Below, piece by piece: positions 59,634-64,000 of a stretch of 64,000 nucleotides of DNA. This DNA is from Cyanophora paradoxa CCMP329 (lineage: Eukaryota; Plantae; Glaucophyta). The notes beneath the pieces were generated by a model. That model was not told the origin of the DNA. It searched no databases and saw only the letters and a list, made by a program, of their open reading frames with translations. Both the position numbers and the translations under genes were made by a program. Location of the stretch: assembly GCA_004431415.1 (NCBI GenBank), contig QPMI01000195.1, positions 124,001-188,000 on the forward strand, given 5' to 3'. How positions within the stretch are numbered: the first letter of the stretch is position 1; the number at the start of each line of letters is the position of its first letter.

Positions 59634-62600
59634 GTGATCTATGATTTGATCGCGCACCGTCGAAAAGGATGCCGCTGCCGAAGTGCCGGCGTTCGGCCAG
59701 TAAGGTACGTATACGAACGAGCTCGCTTCCTGATACACGAAAGCCTGCCACATGTACACGTACACGTATACGTATACGAAAGGAATTCAGATGTACAATT
59801 CTATAGCCAGATTAAGAATTTAGTTCGAGTGAAGAACAAGGCGCACGTTCCCGAGGACGAAGCTCCGGAAGGCAGGAGTGCCAGTGCCGCTGTCGCTCTC
59901 GATGCGGAGGTTGTAGTTCTTGCCGGCGACGAGCTGGAGGAGGAGGCGCGAGTGCAGCTGGCGGCTGTTCCCGCCCCGGTTCGAGTTGAGCGGCGGGATC
60001 TTGAATCGGATCTCTCTGGTTGACACGATGGCCGGCTGCAAATGAATGCACGTCCGCGTATCTCAGCCAAACCAAGCCCACTACTCCAACCGAGAGTAGA
60101 GAAAAATTGCTTGCCTGAATGGCTGCAATTCGAATCGACGGGTTGACGGGATCCTCGATGTAGATCTTGATGGGTTCTCCGACGGGCAAGTTTTCACCAA
60201 AAATGCTGACGAAGTCGCTTGTGCCGGTCTGCGAGTTCGGAGCATAGGTAAATAGGTTTGAGCCTCGGAGATGTCGTTTAAAATTGCAAACACATCGCAC
60301 CACGGGAGCGGTCACGACGGGCTTGCTGAGCGTCACCTGAACATATGCAAGACGCACTGCATAAGTGCGCGCGACTCTTGATAGCATTTTAGCTTTGCGC
60401 CTATGCATATATCGTTGGCAGCCGACCTTGACGCTGCCGTCCGGTTGGACTGTGCCGCCCGTGACATTGAAAGTAAAGCCGTTGATGGAGATTTGCACGA
60501 GATTGATGACTGGCTGCCGGGTTTCATTGAGGGTTTAGCCTTAGAGCAATATTAATTGTAACACTCGTGATCATTACCAGGGGAGAGGGCGTCGGCGGCG
60601 GGACGGTCGGTGCAGGCGTCGGAAACTCCGCGGACGGAGTGGGGACGGCCGTCGGGCTCGGAGTCGCCACATTGGAGGGAGAAGCTGCGCGGTAGCCGAG
60701 GAAGTGCTTTTTAGAAGGCATACTATGATTTTGAGTTCAAATAAAAAGCAGGGAGCTCGAGGTGCCGGCGCGCACTTGAGGGGCTCGGGCTCGGGCTCGG
60801 GCTCGAGCTCGGGCTCGGGCTCGGGCTCGGGGACGGGCTAGCCGACTGAAGAAAGTATGGCTCGTGATCAATGGCAATATTAATATTAATATTAATCGTC
60901 GATTTCGAGCGCGTTAATGACGCCAAGGTGGGCTCACGGGCGACGGGCTGGGAGACGGCGTAGGGAAGGCGACTGTAACGTTCAAACGGTGCGCGTAGAT
61001 ATAGTATTCTCCCCACGCGGCGTAGAACAGCGGATAATCGCGCGTTCCCACGTTCGTGAGACCGAATCCGGCATTCCCGAGGTTAGCTCCCAGCGCAGGT
61101 CTGATCGTGACCATTTGTATGTGCTTCCTCCAGTGAGTACGCATGCACGCGCTATATATATATATATGAAATTTAAAGCAGACGCACGGAATAACAAAAT
61201 CGATAGCTTCGTCCACCATTTCAGTGCCAGTCGCATCGAAAGAACGGATCTTAGCGCCTTCTGGATGTTTGACGGAAGAGACAAGGCGCCAGATTTGGGA
61301 TCTGCTTGACGTTTTTTAGTTTTTGAATATTTAAAAAAATTTTAAACTGTAAGCTCGATATTTATTAATTTGCGATCCACGCGCACGTTGTTAACGTTGT
61401 CTTCACGATTGCGAGTCCTCTGAACATGGAATCCGCAGCACCAGGAATTATTGTGAAATTCTGAACTTCCACCGCGCCAGACGAAGGAACTGTTACCTGC
61501 GCGAATTCAAAACGGTCACGAGCGCCTCAATTTTTGAAATTAGCTTGTTCCCGCGTTTGTTTTTGGGAGGGGTGAGGGCATCGCCCCCACGGTGTTCACT
61601 GCCCAATGCGGTCCCCCCGCCCAGTGGGACGGACAGAGACCTGGTCAGATCCGGCGCCTAGGCGGATACTGCCTCACTGGGCTTGGGCTGTCCGATTTGG
61701 ACGAGTGGGTCACTTATTGCACTTGGTGGGATTTGAACCCAGCCTCGGACCGCGCTCCCCACGTAATAACACGTCCGGGATTCGAGCACGCGTCTCGGGC
61801 TTGCCAAGGAGTGACGTTAACCACTGGGCTATTGCCCCCCCTCTTGTTCCCCCGTTCAAGGCCCCGATTGCAAGCGTACCTTGATGATGCGGCTGGGAAG
61901 AGTATCCCCCGCAGCGGATGAAGTGCGAGATACGCCCGCGTAGAGCACGTCGTTGCCGTTGGCTTCCTGGTCGATGTCCAACGAAGTGTAGCCTACTTCG
62001 TTGTTTCCGAAATTTTCCGAAAGCGCCGCGACGAATGTCTCACTTCCATCTGGAAAAATGAGTTGAATGCGAGATAAATGTGAAATGCCGCGCAAACCCA
62101 GCATTTGCGAAAATATCTGCACCAAGCGAGACGGAGAAGATTTCCGCGCCAAGTTTGCCGGCGTAGTCTGCGCTTGTAAATTGAGACAGATGGCGCGGAG
62201 TGTTGCAAGTACATGCGGTTCGCTTTGCCAGCACGTATATCTTGTTGCTGCTTGCGCTGAAAGCCATAGCAAAGGGGTCAAGTCTGTAATCGGTGTTTTT
62301 GGTGTACGGCCCCGAAGATTTGCACGCAGGTTGGGTACTGGGGCACTTGCTCTCCCAAATTCTTTTCATGTAACCAGTCTACGCACGAACCCGAATCAGA
62401 ATCAGCAAACCACAACCCGATAGTCTTCCCACCCGGACGAACCAAAAGATCAAGGTAACCGACGGAGTTTATGCTCCCGATCGCAGCATCCGGATTGTCC
62501 AAGAAGAGCAGACCCGAGCTCGAGTTCGCAGCAAAGTCGTTCACATAGCTGACGTCGATTGCGAAAGATTCGCGTCAGCTCGACGTATGTGAATGTAGAT

Positions 62601-63590
62601 ATGTGCGGAACTCTTCATCGGTCGCACGTAAAGTAGACGTCCCCGCCAACGGCAGCGACCGATTCGCCGAGCGGAACATCCTTGAAAGCCGTGCCCCCCG
62701 ACGCAGGCGCCGTCGGCATTCCAGCCACGAGCTCGGAGCCGCAGGTGGAGTTGACCCTCCAGATTGCGGTAATAGTGCCGACGTAAAGATTTCCTGCACG
62801 CGCGTGTTATTATGTCTTCGGGAAGGACTGGTTCTGGTAAAGATATTGATTATGTCGTCGGGAAGGACTGGTTCTGGTTAGTAGTTGACTCTAGTAACTG
62901 TTGGTGAACAACAATATATATATATATCAAGCATGCGGGACCGGGCACCATCATATGCGTTGTAACGGAGGCCTTCGCGAAACAGTGTTGTGGGTCAGCA
63001 GCAAATTGCAATTAGACTTCATGATCATTGCGCGAGACCAAGCGGCAGCGCACTGGTGAATAGTCCGGTCGAGCCACCCGTGCCAATTCCTGATCGAGAC
63101 CATGACAGGAGAAGGGGAGTACGCTAACTCGTCAGCCGCAGTACACATATGCATATGCATGCGCGGGCACGCGTATGCATGCGCGCTGTACAAAGGTTCG
63201 AATTCCCGCTGGCCATGGCGGGCCGTCTTCGGATCTATCTCTATACACGTATGCATGGCCGCACGTGATCATGCACGCGCATATGTATATATGAACTTTA
63301 TAATTAGCCGCGAGACGAACCAACGACCACGCCATCGGAGCCATTGCCAAAGCAGAAAGTGTAGTTCCCCTGGGCGACATCGTTCCAGGCCGCGCCAACG
63401 GGCAGCGAGGGGATGCCCGGCAGGAGGCGGTCCGAAAGCGCCGCGGTGCTCGCCGCTGATGCGTATGTGGAAAGGGGCGCAATCATGATCAGTCCCGATC
63501 GCGAGTCGCACTGGCGCGCGGGCTTTTCAGCGGGCGCGCACCGACAGTCACGGCGACCACAGCCAGCCAAAGCAAGCCGGGGCGCATCAT
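59634..63590 (-). CDS. Gene B2: close paralog of B1, with an apparent +1 frameshift near 62095 (pseudogene or sequencing error)
   Basis: Exons, introns and 3' flank (58955-63670) align with 7490-11890. B2 CAAATGCTGGGTTTGCGCGGCATT versus B1 CAAATGCGGGGTGGCGCGGTATT differ by one base. Confidence 0.7.
61558..61842 (-). mobile_element. tRNA-derived SINE in an intron of gene B2
   Basis: Head GGGGCAATAGCCCAGTGGTTAA...GCTCGAATCCC, a second GGTTCAAATCCC, and an A-rich tail. 14-bp TSD CTTGTTCCC(G/C)CGTT at 61544-61557 and 61843-61856. Absent from the B1 intron at ~10098-10111. Confidence 0.85.
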
Positions 63591-64000
63591 AGGGATTTGG
63601 CAGGGAGTGCGCGTCGGCGAAGACTCGGCGTCGAACCACGCGTACGTGCACGTCGTTGATGTGCTACGGGCCTACGGCGCATGCGTCGATACTAGTAGTA
63701 CTCGATACTGCGCATGCGTACGGCGCCGATATCATATATATAGCCTAGTAGTACAAGTTGTACTGTACAACTACTACGTAGTACGTACTACGCACGGTAC
63801 GGCAATTTAATTTCGGCAACTACGTATACTGCCAGGCTGGTACGTAGAGTAACGTAGTACGTACGCCGAGTCGGCGCCGGCGGCGCGCCGCCGGCGCCGG
63901 TGACTCGAGCTCAGTGTGACTCGGCGCCGACTCACTGAGTCACCGGCAACTTCGGCGGCAAGTCGGCGCCGAGTCACCGGCAAGTTGGGCCGCCAACTAC

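Overview
GC-rich eukaryotic genomic DNA with short GT-AG introns, probably from an alga or protist; the taxon cannot be fixed from sequence. The backbone is a duplicated pair of minus-strand secreted-protein genes in the order A1, B1, A2, B2. Gene A has a CUB-like domain and a Ser-Pro repeat (~360-3369 and ~27150-30173). Gene B has a Ser-Pro repeat and an IPT/TIG-like domain (8175-11826 and ~59634-63590). The spacers are filled with nested mobile DNA. The most unusual item is a ~9.2 kb candidate tyrosine-recombinase (Crypton-like) element at 14947-24194, bounded by an 8-bp direct repeat. Its intron-containing gene appears to encode a Bro-N-like DNA-binding domain, a Ulp1/SENP-like protease, a tyrosine recombinase, an acidic tract, a CxxC motif and an AT-hook, and it is split by a 5'-truncated LINE with a 17-bp TSD. 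Also present: a decayed Ty3/Gypsy element with a ~2200-codon region upstream of its protease, where a 6-bp-TSD MITE sits in the protease motif; an array of tRNA-headed ~458-bp repeats abutting a 5.6-kb array of ~140-bp satellite; a Helitron2/Helentron-like element; a tRNA-derived SINE; and several MITEs. Domain calls are by-eye motif recognition, not database searches. Several frameshifts could be long-read indel errors rather than biology.
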